NCBI GenBank assembly: GCA_964482725.1
Contig: CAYZYT010000007.1
Location: 87,945 to 151,944 of the forward strand
Source of the DNA: an uncultured bacterium
GTDB lineage: Bacteria > Omnitrophota > Omnitrophia > Omnitrophales > Aquincolibacteriaceae
Direction of reading: 5' to 3'
DNA length: 64,000 nt
Below the pieces are notes generated by a model. That model did no database searches. It was given only the letters and a program-made list of their open reading frames with translations, and had not been told where the DNA came from. The position numbers and the translations under genes were made by a program. Of this stretch, positions 38,996 through 52,400 are shown piece after piece. How positions within the stretch are numbered: the first letter of the stretch is position 1; each line of letters starts with the position of its first letter.

Positions 38996-40357
38996 ATGTC
39001 CCCGCAGCCTTCTTCCAAGAAAAACGTCCGTTTCTACACGCTCGGCTGCAAGGTCAATCAGTACGAGACTCAAGCGATGCGCGAGGCTCTGGAGCGAAAA
39101 GATTACCGGGATATTGAAGGGCAAAAAGGCGTCCCGTGTGACCTTGTGGTCGTGAATACTTGCACGGTGACCCAGGACTCGGATCGGACCAATCGGTATT
39201 GGATAAGGCGTCTCCGGCGGGAACACCCCCAAGCGCGGCTTGCGGTGACCGGTTGTTATGCTGAAAAGAATCGAGCCGAACTCGAAGCCATGCCGGAAGT
39301 GGATCTTATTTTTTTGAACGAGGAAAAACCGTTCCTGGCAGAGAAACTTTTGGACCCGGCCCCTGTTTGTCAGTCGGCGCGTCCGGATAAGCCCATGACT
39401 TTCATGCCGCTTTCGATCTCACGATGCGAAGGAAGAACTCGTGCCTATGTGAAGGTCCAGGACGGATGCAATCATGCCTGTAGTTTCTGCAAAGTATCGA
39501 TCGTGCGAGGGGCTTCACGCAGCCGTGCGTTGTCCGAGATCCTGGACGAGGTGACACGACTCCGGGATGGGGGGTACCGGGAGATCATCCTGACCGGCAT
39601 TCAACTGGGGGCTTACGGCCTTGATCTTTTACCTCGATCAGGCTCCGGAGATCGGCATTATCTTTTGCGGGATGTCATCGAGGCCAGTGCCCGGGTCGAA
39701 GGGATTGAACGCATTCGTTTGAGTTCGATTGAGCTGACAGATCTTGGAAAACCCCTTCGCGAAGCTTTCCGGAGCGTCCCCAAGCTTTGTCCTCACATAC
39801 ATCTACCGCTTCAAAGCGGGGATAACGAAGTGCTATCGAGAATGAACCGGCGTTACACGCAGGAGGCCTACCGGGAAGTGGTGTTGGAATTGAAGGAACG
39901 GATCCCGGATTTTGAATTGAGCCTGGATGTGATGGCCGGATTTCCGGGAGAGACCGAGGCCCAGTTTGAGAACACCCTGGGATTCCTGGAGATCCTTCAG
40001 CCGCTTAAGACCCATGTGTTTCCCTACAGCCGGCGAGAGGGGACGCGAGCCTCGGGTTGGGGGACACTTCCCGCACAAACCGTTCGAGATCGGGCCCGTC
40101 GTTTGATGGCATTGGCCGCATGTATTTCTGAAAAGGTCCGGAGTCGATATCTGGGACGTACGTTTGATATTCTGGCGGAACATAAGCATGAGATCACCGG
40201 AACGTCCGAAGGGTTCACGGCGAATTATCTCAAGATCTTTTTTGAGTACCCACAGAACGTGCAAGGGTGTATCATACCGTTCAAATTGACGGAATTTTTT
40301 CAGGATGGCTTTCGGGGAATCCCGGGCGAACCTAAGCAGACACGCAAGAGGACATGA
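38996..40357 (+). CDS. mtaB: tRNA t6A methylthiotransferase
   Basis: TLGCKVNQYET, NTCTVT, TGCYA, KVQDGCNHACSFC, HVFPYS.REGT. Confidence 0.93.
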   Translation: MSPQPSSKKNVRFYTLGCKVNQYETQAMREALERKDYRDIEGQKGVPCDLVVVNTCTVTQDSDRTNRYWIRRLRREHPQARLAVTGCYAEKNRAELEAMPEVDLIFLNEEKPFLAEKLLDPAPVCQSARPDKPMTFMPLSISRCEGRTRAYVKVQDGCNHACSFCKVSIVRGASRSRALSEILDEVTRLRDGGYREIILTGIQLGAYGLDLLPRSGSGDRHYLLRDVIEASARVEGIERIRLSSIELTDLGKPLREAFRSVPKLCPHIHLPLQSGDNEVLSRMNRRYTQEAYREVVLELKERIPDFELSLDVMAGFPGETEAQFENTLGFLEILQPLKTHVFPYSRREGTRASGWGTLPAQTVRDRARRLMALAACISEKVRSRYLGRTFDILAEHKHEITGTSEGFTANYLKIFFEYPQNVQGCIIPFKLTEFFQDGFRGIPGEPKQTRKRT

Positions 40358-40360
40358 TCC

Positions 40361-40960
40361 ATGGAATGGTTCTGGAAGATAGTCGATCATTTTCAAAAAA
40401 GCGTTGCAGGATCGGCGCTCCAAAGTTTTTCGCCGATCGACTGGATCGTGTTGCTGGCGATCTTTTGGGGCCTGGTCCAAGGAAGCCGCAAAGGTTTCAG
40501 CGACATGTTCGGGAAGTTGTTGGGGATATTCCTTGTGAGCATGCTGACGCTGAGCTTTTACCCAAGCGGAGCCGTTCTCCTGAATTCGAATCTTCCCGTT
40601 CTTTCCACAAAAGCCGCCGAACCGCTGTCTTTTTTCCTATGGGCTCTTTTTCTTTGGCTCTCCGTGTCGTGGTGCGTCAATATATTCGGGAGGTTCCTAA
40701 AGATCGAAGCTCAGGGACTTTTAAAGACCCTGGGAGGAATGGCCTTTGGGGTTTTGCGCATGATCCTTTTACTTAGTTTTCTCGCGCAATTTCTTCTCTT
40801 CTTTCCGAGTGAGTCTTTGCAAGAGATCTTCAGGCCAGGGCGCACCTACACGGGGTATACGATCTCGCGATGCGTGCCCGATCTCCACAAGCTTGTTGTG
40901 AGCCCTCTCCGCAAGCCGACCTTTAAAAAATCCGTGGAATCCTACAAGGTCGGCGGGTAG
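40361..40960 (+). CDS. cvpA: CvpA family membrane protein
   Basis: IDWIVL...G.RKGF; LGGMAFG; 4 TM helices. Confidence 0.8.
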   Translation: MEWFWKIVDHFQKSVAGSALQSFSPIDWIVLLAIFWGLVQGSRKGFSDMFGKLLGIFLVSMLTLSFYPSGAVLLNSNLPVLSTKAAEPLSFFLWALFLWLSVSWCVNIFGRFLKIEAQGLLKTLGGMAFGVLRMILLLSFLAQFLLFFPSESLQEIFRPGRTYTGYTISRCVPDLHKLVVSPLRKPTFKKSVESYKVGG

Positions 40961-40974
40961 AAAAAAGACGCGTT

Positions 40975-42777
40975 ATGGAACAGAATAACTCCGGGACGCG
41001 TTACGAAGATCATGTGGTTGAGCAGGTTAGTGCGGCCAATGATATTGTCGAGATCATCTCTCAATACGTTCCCCTCAAACGCGCGGGCAGACATCTCAAA
41101 GCCTGTTGTCCTTTTCATCAGGAAAAATCCCCTTCGTTCATGGTCCAGCCCGAAAAACAGATGTTCCATTGTTTCGGGTGCGGGGCCGGTGGGGATGTGT
41201 ACAGTTTTCTCATGAGGCATGAGAATATGACATTCCCCGAGGCCTTGAAGTCCCTCGCGGAACGCGCACATATCACGCTCCCGGAGCGACGGTCTCATCA
41301 GGACGATGGCGGGCAGAAGGAAAAACTCTACGAGGCTTGCCAGACCGCTGCCGACATTTATCATGAACTTCTTTTTAAGGAAGCTGGGGCTGCAGCGCGT
41401 GCGTATCTGGCGAAGCGACAGATCACCGCTGAGATCATCCGGGAATTCAAACTCGGGTGGGCGCCGATGGAATGGCGCACCCTTTTTGATCGTATGGTCT
41501 TAAAAAAATATCCGGAAGCCCTCCTCAAGCAAGCCGCTCTGATCCAGCAATCGCCGAAAGGGAATTATTACGATACGTTTCGCGGACGGCTCCTGTTCCC
41601 GATCCTGAATCTCCAGAATAAGGTGGTTGCGTTCGGCGGGCGGTTGATCGCCGACCAAGAGGGCCCGAAATATCTCAATTCACCTGAAACGCCGATTTTT
41701 TCGAAACGCCGCGAACTCTTCGGCCTGAATCTTGCCAAAAAGCACATTGATCGCGAATGGCCGAATTTGATCCTGGTGGAAGGTTATATGGATTTTCTCG
41801 CTCTTTATCAGCATGGCTTCAAAAATGCCGTGGCAACGCTTGGGACCGCGCTGGGTGAGGATCACGTGCGCCTGATGCGGCGTTTTGTGGAGGAAGTGAT
41901 CGTCGTTTATGACGGTGATAAAGCGGGGGAAGCCGCGGCTCTGCGGGGACTTGAGATCCTTCTGGAGGGGGGGATGCAGGTGAAACTTGTGAGTCTGCCC
42001 AAAGGCGAGGACCCGGATGATTTTCTCAACAAGCGCGGGAACGATGCCTTTGCGACGCTTTTGAAGAACGCCAAGGATTTTTTTGATTATAAATTACAGG
42101 CACTTCTTGCGCGCTATCCCCGCCAGGATGCGCTGGGTCTTTCTAAGATCAGCCGGGAGATGTTCGAGACTTTTCTCAAAGTCAAGAATACGGTCATGCT
42201 TTCGGAATATTTCAAGCGGCTTGCCCGCGCGTTGCAGGTAGATGAGAATTCTCTTCGCACTGAGTTCTCTCGTCTGGATAAACGGAGCAGTGTTCCCAGA
42301 GAGCGCTCTCAAGAGGCTGTCGCCACGCCCGAAGCCATCAAGCCCGCGCCCGAAGAGTTGCTGCTTTTGGTGCTCATGGCGGAGGTTCCGCCTTTTTGTG
42401 ACAAAGCCTGCGAAGAGCTCAAGGATGTTGACCTTAAAACGCCGGCCTCACGCGAGCTTTTTGAATATCTCCGGCAGATGAACACTCTTGGGAAAAAATG
42501 CACTCTTTCGGGACTTTTGATTCGGATCCAGGATGCGCCATATCGTGAACAGCTTGTGGCGGTCATGGCTTCTCTCGATGAGACGGCTGATCGGGAACAG
42601 ATCCTTGGAGATTGTATCGGAAAGATCAAACAAGGCCGTGCTACCGGGAGGCTCGAAGAGTTGCGACGTCTGATCCTCGCAGCGGAGACCGGGCGGGATG
42701 AGATCAAGGTTCGTGCTGCGACCCAGGAATACCAGGAGCTCTTGAAGCGGTCCCGGGAAGCTAAAAAGGGCGAATAA
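40975..42777 (+). CDS. dnaG: DNA primase
   Basis: [40 protein letters not shown]. Confidence 0.98.
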   Translation: MEQNNSGTRYEDHVVEQVSAANDIVEIISQYVPLKRAGRHLKACCPFHQEKSPSFMVQPEKQMFHCFGCGAGGDVYSFLMRHENMTFPEALKSLAERAHITLPERRSHQDDGGQKEKLYEACQTAADIYHELLFKEAGAAARAYLAKRQITAEIIREFKLGWAPMEWRTLFDRMVLKKYPEALLKQAALIQQSPKGNYYDTFRGRLLFPILNLQNKVVAFGGRLIADQEGPKYLNSPETPIFSKRRELFGLNLAKKHIDREWPNLILVEGYMDFLALYQHGFKNAVATLGTALGEDHVRLMRRFVEEVIVVYDGDKAGEAAALRGLEILLEGGMQVKLVSLPKGEDPDDFLNKRGNDAFATLLKNAKDFFDYKLQALLARYPRQDALGLSKISREMFETFLKVKNTVMLSEYFKRLARALQVDENSLRTEFSRLDKRSSVPRERSQEAVATPEAIKPAPEELLLLVLMAEVPPFCDKACEELKDVDLKTPASRELFEYLRQMNTLGKKCTLSGLLIRIQDAPYREQLVAVMASLDETADREQILGDCIGKIKQGRATGRLEELRRLILAAETGRDEIKVRAATQEYQELLKRSREAKKGE

Positions 42778-42821
42778 ATCGCTTGGTTTCAAGAGGCGAG
42801 ATAACTATAATACGCAATTCT

Positions 42822-44519
42822 ATGAAAAAGGTATCCAAAAAACCTACCCACGCAGTATCTAAAAAGGCATCTTCCGTCCAGGCCAAGGGGAAGGCTCCTT
42901 CTGTATCCTCTGTCCATGTGAAGCCTGTCAAAAAGGGCGCCGTCTCCGCGAAGCTCCAAGGGGAGATGGTTCAAAAGCTTGTGGCTCTCGGGAAAAAACA
43001 GGGTTTTGTCACGATCGAGCAGATGAAGAAACAGCTGCCTCCGGACATGAACAATCCTGAAAAAGTCGAAGAAATTATTGTAACCTTGAATGAAAAAGGG
43101 ATTGAAGTCACAAGCGGTTCGACAGGCGATCCGTCCAAGTCCGGTTCTGAGGTGATCCAGGACGTCGAAGTTAAGAAGGGAAAAGACTCCGAGCTTGAGG
43201 AAGACGCAGCGGTTGAAGAATATGAACGGGGTCGCATTGATGATCCGGTCCGCACTTATCTTCGGCAGATGGGGCAGATTTCGCTTCTGACGCGAGAACA
43301 GGAAATTGAGATCTCCAAGAAGATCGAGGCCTGCGAGCATGAACTGAAGAAAGTTGTTTATCAGACCAAAGCTGCGCGGTTCGAAGTGTTGGAACTCGCC
43401 AAAAAGATCCTCGAGGGGCAGGTCCAGCTCGAGTCGATCATTGAAAGTGAAGAACAGGCCCAGATCCAGACCCTCAAGAAAAAGCTCAAACTGCTGATCC
43501 GAAAGTTTCGCGCCTCCCGGAAAAAATCGAATGTTGTTGAGCTTCTTTTACAGTTTAATCTAAGCGTCGCGATCGTTGAACAGATTGTTGCAAGCCTGCG
43601 GGCCAAACTCAAGGAATTGAAACGGAACCGCGATGACATCAAGAAGCTTCGGCGGGGTGGCGTGCGCGGTAAGATTGGCCAGATCGAGGAGCGCAATCGA
43701 CAGATCCTTCACGAACTTGGGGAGCCGGAAGAAAAACTTCATGAGCACTTCAAAGCCATCATTCGCAAGGAATGGGAACTTACTAAGGCGAAGAAGGCGT
43801 TGGTTGCCGCGAATCTCCGCTTGGTCGTCAGTATTGCCAAGAAGTACACGAACCGAGGGCTTTCCTTTTTGGACCTGATCCAGGAAGGGAACATCGGTTT
43901 GATGAAGGCCGTAGATAAATTCGAATACAAGCGCGGCTATAAATTCTCGACTTACGCAACTTGGTGGATCCGCCAAGCGATCACGCGTTCGATCGCAGAC
44001 CAGGCCCGTACGATCCGTATCCCGGTGCACATGATCGAGACCATCAATAAGTTTTTTCGCGCGTCGCGTCACTTGGTCCAGGAAACTGGGCGTGAGCCGA
44101 CTCCGGAAGAGGTCGCGCAAGTCATGAAGATGCCCGTCGAAAAGGTGAAGGGTATCTTGAAGATCGCACAGGAACCGATCAGTCTTCAGACACCGATCGG
44201 GGATGAGGGCGACACGAGTTTTGGGGATTTTATTGAAGATAAGTCTGCGGTGTCTCCGGCCAATGCTACAGCCTATAGCATGCTCAAGGAGCAAATGGAC
44301 GACGTCCTCTTGACGCTCACCGAGCGTGAGGAAAAGGTCCTGCGCTTACGATTCGGGATCGGGGACGGTTACCCGAGGACTTTGGAAGAGGTCGGCCATA
44401 TTTTTAATGTAACGCGCGAGCGAGTTCGTCAGATTGAGGCCAAGGCGCTTCGAAAGCTGCGTCATCCTACCCGGTCGCGAAAGCTCAAGAATTTTCTGGA
44501 TATTAAGCTGAGCGAGTAA
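42822..44519 (+). CDS. rpoD: RNA polymerase primary sigma factor
   Basis: [52 protein letters not shown]. Confidence 0.98.
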   Translation: MKKVSKKPTHAVSKKASSVQAKGKAPSVSSVHVKPVKKGAVSAKLQGEMVQKLVALGKKQGFVTIEQMKKQLPPDMNNPEKVEEIIVTLNEKGIEVTSGSTGDPSKSGSEVIQDVEVKKGKDSELEEDAAVEEYERGRIDDPVRTYLRQMGQISLLTREQEIEISKKIEACEHELKKVVYQTKAARFEVLELAKKILEGQVQLESIIESEEQAQIQTLKKKLKLLIRKFRASRKKSNVVELLLQFNLSVAIVEQIVASLRAKLKELKRNRDDIKKLRRGGVRGKIGQIEERNRQILHELGEPEEKLHEHFKAIIRKEWELTKAKKALVAANLRLVVSIAKKYTNRGLSFLDLIQEGNIGLMKAVDKFEYKRGYKFSTYATWWIRQAITRSIADQARTIRIPVHMIETINKFFRASRHLVQETGREPTPEEVAQVMKMPVEKVKGILKIAQEPISLQTPIGDEGDTSFGDFIEDKSAVSPANATAYSMLKEQMDDVLLTLTEREEKVLRLRFGIGDGYPRTLEEVGHIFNVTRERVRQIEAKALRKLRHPTRSRKLKNFLDIKLSE

Positions 44520-44603
44520 TAGAATCTCCTTGGCCGCCTGTTGTGCTCGAGGCTTTCTTGACGGCCGTTTGGATGCCTGAAACTTGTTGAGGTCTAAAAG
44601 CCA

Positions 44604-45002
44604 ATGAATAAAAAATGTATTCTTGTGATTGATGACGAGGATGATGTCTGTCAGATCATCAAAGAGAAGTTCGAAGTTCTTGGCTATAAAGTTCTGACCG
44701 CGCTCGATGGGGCGGAAGGCTTTCAGAAGACGGAAGAAGGCCGACCCGATTGCGTGCTTCTTGATATCCGAATTCCAAAAGGCGAAGATGGACTGACGTA
44801 TCTTCGCAAGCTTCGCTCCTATCGCCACGATGACCTTCAGGAACAGACGCGTACCCGGAAAACTCCCGTCATCATGCTGACCGGCGCGGGAGCGACGATG
44901 CAGCCGCTCTTTGAACTCGAAGGAATCAGTGGTTTCATTGAGAAACCTTTTGATCTTGCCAATCTCCAGGGCAAGGTCGAGCATGTCCTTCGAGTGCGTT
45001 AG
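44604..45002 (+). CDS. Stand-alone response regulator
   Basis: ILVIDDE, LLDIRIP..DG, MLT, EKPF. Confidence 0.9.
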   Translation: MNKKCILVIDDEDDVCQIIKEKFEVLGYKVLTALDGAEGFQKTEEGRPDCVLLDIRIPKGEDGLTYLRKLRSYRHDDLQEQTRTRKTPVIMLTGAGATMQPLFELEGISGFIEKPFDLANLQGKVEHVLRVR

Positions 45003-45072
45003 TTCAAATTTTCCGCCTTATTGTTGATTGCAATTCCTCTTTATCTTCGATAGTCTACGCTTACGTTCCGCT

Positions 45073-45140
45073 GAGTTCGGAGCCGTGAACTTAAAGTTTA
45101 GAGTCAAAACGGTTTTTTAAAAACTCCGAGCTCCCAGCCG
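45073..45140. repeat. Degenerate heptamer-periodic inverted array
   Basis: gagttcg gagccgt gaactta aagttta gag ... aaaactc cgagctc. Confidence 0.5.
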
Positions 45141-45160
45141 AGCCATCCCGACTGATTTAC

Positions 45161-45234
45161 GGGCCTATAGCTCAATCGGTTAGAGCAGAGGACTCATAAT
45201 CCTTTGGTTCCTGGTTCGAGTCCAGGTGGGCCCA
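45161..45234 (+). tRNA. tRNA-Ile2 (anticodon CAT, lysidine type)
   Basis: GGGCCTA/TGGGCCC acceptor stem, gagga-CTCATAA-tcctt, GGTTCGAGTCC; located after rpoD like ileX; elongator Met not excluded. Confidence 0.9.
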
Positions 45235-45450
45235 CTGAATTCCAGTGATTCATTGCGTTCTTGTTCTTTCATTAATTTTGACGGATAACCAGGACATGGC
45301 TGATCCTCGTTGAATTTTTAATTGAGGCGCAGGCGGCGCCGTGGCGGCTTAGGGAATGCCGTAACAACCGAATTCTTTCTTGACACTTCTCCTAAGGGAA
45401 AAGTACACTTGAAGACATTGTTGGAGGAATTCAATCATGAAGGGGTTTTT

Positions 45451-45804
45451 ATGAAAAAGATGAGATTCTTTGCGGTCTGGGCACTTTTAGCGGTGATGCT
45501 AGCTTCTTGCGCATCGCGTCCCTTGAGACATTCCTTCGGTCCTTATTCTGAGGCCGAAACTTTTTATAAGAAGGGGAATTATCCCAAGGCGATCGAAAAG
45601 TATCAGGAATACCTGGCCGGAAATCCTCGAGGAAACCTGGCCGCGATTGCGGAGTATTATATCGCGAAGAGCTATGGGGCTTCAGGGGACACGGCCAAGG
45701 CGTGCGAGGGTTTTGAACGTGTCGTAAAACAATTTCCTGGGACGAGTTGGGCGGCGTTTGCGAAGGAACAGCTGGAAAGGCTGCAAGGTGCCGCGAAGCC
45801 TTGA
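45451..45804 (+). CDS. TPR lipoprotein (BamD/CpoB-like)
   Basis: Lipobox LASC; two TPR motifs; VKQFPGTSWA. Confidence 0.8.
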   Translation: MKKMRFFAVWALLAVMLASCASRPLRHSFGPYSEAETFYKKGNYPKAIEKYQEYLAGNPRGNLAAIAEYYIAKSYGASGDTAKACEGFERVVKQFPGTSWAAFAKEQLERLQGAAKP

Positions 45805-45881
45805 GACGTGTTATGGTTAGGGGAAGGTCTTAAAAAAGAAGCAAAGCAGCCCCTGAAAATCTTTTTTGTTCTTTGATTTTT

Positions 45882-46289
45882 GAGAAGGTCTTCTCGGATG
45901 ATCGCGCACAGATGACGAGAGACGGGAAACGTCCTGTCCAACCGCTGTGGGAGGAAAGTCCGAGCTTCATAGGGCATCGTAGTGGGTAACACCCACCCAC
46001 TGTGTTCGATTATTTTAAAAGAATATTGAGCATAGTGCGGATAAGAGCCACAGAGACGAGTCCCTGTCACGCAAGTGCCAGGGGGTGAAACGCGGCAATC
46101 TCTACGTGAAGAAAGGCTAAACAGGGTGAGGAGCGCAAGCGGGAACGGCCCGTTCCTAGAACGCCGCAAGGCGGGAACCTTACCGGGTCAGCCGACCGAG
46201 GCCGTCAGCAATGACGGCCCTAGATAGATGGTCATCTCTCGCCGGTAAGACGGCGGGAACAGAACTCGGCTTATAGAGAAGGCCTTCTC
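45882..46289 (+). ncRNA. rnpB: RNase P RNA
   Basis: GAGGAAAGTCCG ... GCCACAGA ... GGTGAAAC ... TAGATAGATG ... ACAGAACTCGGCTTAT; P1 gagaaggtcttctc/gagaaggccttctc. Confidence 0.95.
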
Positions 46290-46305
46290 ATTTTTTTTGT
46301 GAAGC

Positions 46306-47975
<1,670 letters not shown>

Positions 47976-47986
<11 letters not shown>

Positions 47987-49277
47987 ACTGAACGGACAAT
48001 CCGTCAAGAACCTGATCATCCGGAATGCTCACATGATTGACCCTGCCAATAAGATCGACGAGGTGATGGACCTTCACGTCAAAAGTCACAGGATCGTGAA
48101 ATGGGGCAAGAATCTCGAGGCCGAAGATGCGGAGATCCTGGATGCCAAGAAGCTCCATCTCTTGCCGGGGCTGGTGGATCTCCACGTTCACTTTCGCGAG
48201 CCGGGGTACGAGCATAAAGAAACGATCGAAACCGGGGCCCAGGCTGCGATCGCGGGCGGTTTTGTGGCCTGCGTCACCATGCCGAATACGAAACCTGCCT
48301 GTGACAATGCGCAGGTCGTGAAGTATCAAATGGAACGCGCGAACGTTCTCAATTTTAATATTTTCCCTTCGGGGACGCTGACGCAAGGACGTGAAGGAAA
48401 GAAGATTTCAGAAATGGCCGAGATGAAGGCTGCGGGAGCGGTCGCGGTGACCGATGACGGAGGATGGGTCGTGGACTCCGGGGTGGCGCGTCGGGCTTAT
48501 GAGTATGCCGCAACCTACGGATTGCCGATCCTGTCGCATGCCGAAGACCATTCGATCAGTGTTAATGGTGTGATGAATGAAGGAGTGGTTTCCTCGCAAC
48601 TGGGGCTTCGGGGCGCTCCGAACGCCGCGGAAGATATCGCGACGGCAAGAGATATTGAATTGGTCCGGCTCATCAAGTGTCAGCTCCATTTCCAGCATGT
48701 GTCAACCCGTGGAGCGGTCGACATGATCCGGCGCGCGAAAGCGGAAGGGTTGCCGATTACCGCTGAAGCAACACCGCATCACATCGCCCTGACGGACGAA
48801 GAATTCGTGAAGTACGATACTTTTTATAAAATGAATCCGCCCCTGCGTACCGAGAAGGACCGGGAGGCGATCCTCCGAGGTCTGGAGGACGGTACGATCG
48901 ATGCGATCGCGACGGATCACGCGCCGCATGCTCTTGAAGAAAAAGACCGGGATATTGAAGTGGCCCCGTTCGGTGCGATCGGTTTGGAATCGGCCTTTGG
49001 GGTTATCATGACCGAACTTTTTCACGGACGGAAATGGAAGCTGGACGAGATAGTCAAGAAGATGAGTTTGACGCCCGCGGAGATCCTTAAGAAATCTAAT
49101 TTCGGGCGGCTTAAGACCGGTGAGCAGGCCAATTTTATCTTGGTGGATGTGGAGAAGGACTGGGTTTTTGCGGAAGAGAACGTTCATTCGAAATCCCTGA
49201 ATTCCTGCTTCTACGGCAAGAAGCTCAAAGGCAAGGTTCTGCATACCTTCGTGAAGGGTTATCAGTACGCTCTCTAG
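47976..49277 (+). CDS. pyrC: Dihydroorotase
   Basis: DLHVHFREPG, MPNT, HAED, KMNPPLR, ATDHAPH. Confidence 0.97.
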
Positions 49278-49433
49278 CGCTGCGTTCATAGGGATCGGAC
49301 GGATGTTCGCCGAGAGAGCTGTCCTGTTACCCGAAACAATATATGGAAAACGGTGCTAACGAGTGAAGATTGTGACTTTTTCGTGTTAAAGCTGAAGAAG
49401 GAAGCCCCTCTAAAAACGGAAAGGATTTGAATC

Positions 49434-52400
49434 ATGCCCCGACGAAGCGATATTAAAAAAGTTCTGATCATAGGATCCGGGCCGATCATTATCGGCCAAG
49501 CCTGCGAATTCGATTATTCCGGTACCCAGGCCTGTAAAGCGCTGAAAGAGGAGGGCTACGAGGTGGTCCTGGTGAATTCCAATCCTGCCACGATCATGAC
49601 GGATCCGGGGATGGCCCATAAAACTTATATTGAGCCGCTTACGGTCGAAAGTATTGAGAAGATCATTGAGATCGAGAGACCGGATGCTCTTCTGCCAAAT
49701 CTCGGCGGACAGACGGGTCTTAATCTTTCTTCGGCGCTCCACAAAGCGGGGGTGCTTAAAAAGTATAACGTAGAAGTGATCGGTGTGAAGGTGGACGCGA
49801 TCGAGCGAGGGGAAGACCGGATCATCTTTAAAGAAACGATGCAGAAGTTGGATATCCCGGTGCCTGTTTCGGAGCCGTGCTATTCCGTGGAGGAAGCCGA
49901 AAAGATCGCCGAGCGCCTGAAATATCCTGTGGTGCTGAGACCTGCGTACACGATGGGCGGGACCGGCGGCGGGATCGTTTATAACGTGGAGGAATTGCGC
50001 GAAATTACCGCTCGGGGCCTCTTGGCCAGTCTTATTCATCAGGTGTTGGTGGAAGAATCGGTCTTGGGATGGGAAGAGCTTGAACTCGAAGTTGTTCGGG
50101 ATGAAAAAGGGAAAAAGATCACCGTTTGTTTTATCGAGAATATCGATCCCATGGGCGTTCACACGGGGGACAGCTTTTGCGCGGCGCCGATGTTGACCGT
50201 GAAGCCCGAGCTCCAGAAGAAACTGCAGGATTATTCGTATAAGATCGTCGAGGCGATCGGTGTTATCGGCGGCACGAATGTCCAATTTGCGCATAACCCC
50301 AAAGATGGAAGAATTGTGGTGATCGAGATCAACCCCCGGACCTCCCGTTCTTCCGCGCTGGCCTCCAAAGCAACTGGTTTTCCGATCGCGTGGGTTTCCA
50401 CGAAGCTCGCCAGCGGGATTGACCTCAGCGAATTGCCGTACTGGAGAAAAGGGACGCTCGATCAATACGAACCGTGGGGCGATTATGTCGTGATCAAATT
50501 TGCTCGCTGGGCTTTTGAGAAATTCTCGCAAGCCAAGGATGTCTTGGGCACTCAGATGAAGGCGGTCGGCGAGGTCATGTCGATCGGGAAAACATTTAAG
50601 GAGTCTTTCCATAAAGCGATCCGGTCTCTGGAGATCAGCCGTTATGGGCTGGGCGGGGCCAAGGATTTCAAGAGTTTCTCATTGGAGCAGCTCAAGGCGC
50701 GTCTTGCCATGCCTTCCAGCGAAAGAGTCTTTTTGATGTATGAAGCGTTCAGGAAAGGCATGAGCATTGACGAATTGCATGAAATGACCATGATCGGGAA
50801 ATGGTTCCTTAAGGAAATAAAGGAATTGTGTGACTTTGAAGAAGAGATCTCGAAACTGAGTTTCGCGAAGCTTCCCCCGGATCAGCTGGTCCAGGCGAAA
50901 GAGTGGGGCTTCTCCGATAAATATCTCGCCAAGCTTTTTAGTGTTAAGGAAGAGACGGTAAGGAGAAAGCGCCTGGAACTTGGGAAGGTCGCTCGCTTTG
51001 AAGCCGTGCCCGTGAGTGGCGTTCAAAATGCGGCCTACTATTATTCCACCTACAGTTCCAAGGGGAAAGACGAATCTAAAGTTTCTTCCAAGAAAAAGAT
51101 CATGATCCTGGGGGGCGGACCCAATCGCATCGGGCAGGGGATCGAGTTCGATTATACCTGCGTGCACGCGGCCTTCGCGATCCGCGACGCGGGCTATGAA
51201 TCGATCATGATCAACTGTAACCCTGAAACTGTTTCTACGGATTACGATACCTCGAATAAACTCTATTTTGAACCGCTGACCGTGGAAGATGTCCTGGCGA
51301 TCTATGAGAAAGAAAAACCTGATGGCGTTATTGTCCAGTTCGGGGGGCAGACGCCGCTGAATATCGCGCAGGAATTGAAGGACCAGGGTGTCAAAATATT
51401 GGGGACGACCCCCGAGAGCATCCGGCTGGCCGAGGACCGGGAATGTTTCAGCGAGAAGATCAAAAAGCTGAATATCCCCCAACCGGAAAGCGGCATCGCG
51501 CGTTCTCTGGAGGAGGCGGTGAGTATTGCGAAAAGGATCGGTTACCCGCTGATGGTCCGGCCTTCTTTCGTGCTCGGTGGCCGGGGCATGGAGATCATCT
51601 ACGAAGAAGAGCGCCTGATAAAATATGCGGTCGAGGCGATCAATGTCAGTCCGGAATATCCTATGTTGATCGACAGATTTCTGGACCAGGCGCTTGAGGT
51701 GGAGGTCGATGCCCTCTGCGATGGCGAGGCAACCTTCGTGACCTCGATCATGGAACATATCGAATATGCGGGCGTTCACTCCGGAGATTCCGCCTGCGTG
51801 ATCCCGTCCCGGACCATTAGTGACAAGCATTTGAAGACGATCGAAAAATATACGGATCAGATCGCCCGGGAGCTTCAGGTGGTAGGCCTGATCAATATCC
51901 AGTACGCCATTTTTAAAGACAAGGTGTATATCCTGGAGGCCAATCCGCGCGCGTCCCGGACCGTGCCCCTTGTTGCGAAAGTGACCGGCATGCCCATCGC
52001 CCGTATCGCGACCCAGGTGATCCTCGGGAGGAAGATTAAGGATTTCCCCGAGCTCCGGCACAGGAAACTTCCGTATGTGGGCGTTAAAGAAGCCGTATTT
52101 CCGTTCAATATGTTTCCGGAAGTGGACCCGCTTCTGGGCCCGGAGATGAGGTCGACTGGGGAGGTGATGGGGATCGCCGGTTCTTTCGGCCTGGCATTTT
52201 ATAAAGCACAAGCCGCCACGGGCACAAAACTTCCTTTGGAGGGGAATGTCCTCTTGACGGTGGCCGACAAGGACAAGTCTGCGCTGGTGCCGATCGCCAA
52301 AAGGATCAAGGACCTTGGGTTTACGATCTACGCGACGGAAGGTACGAGCCGGCATCTCAAGGCTCAGGGCATTGAAACTGTTGAGATCAATAAGATCCCG

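Noticed and set aside
49410-52355. Long minus-strand ORFs (400 and 558 aa) opposite carB
   Set aside because: Antisense shadows of a well-conserved gene with biased codon usage; no recognisable motifs.
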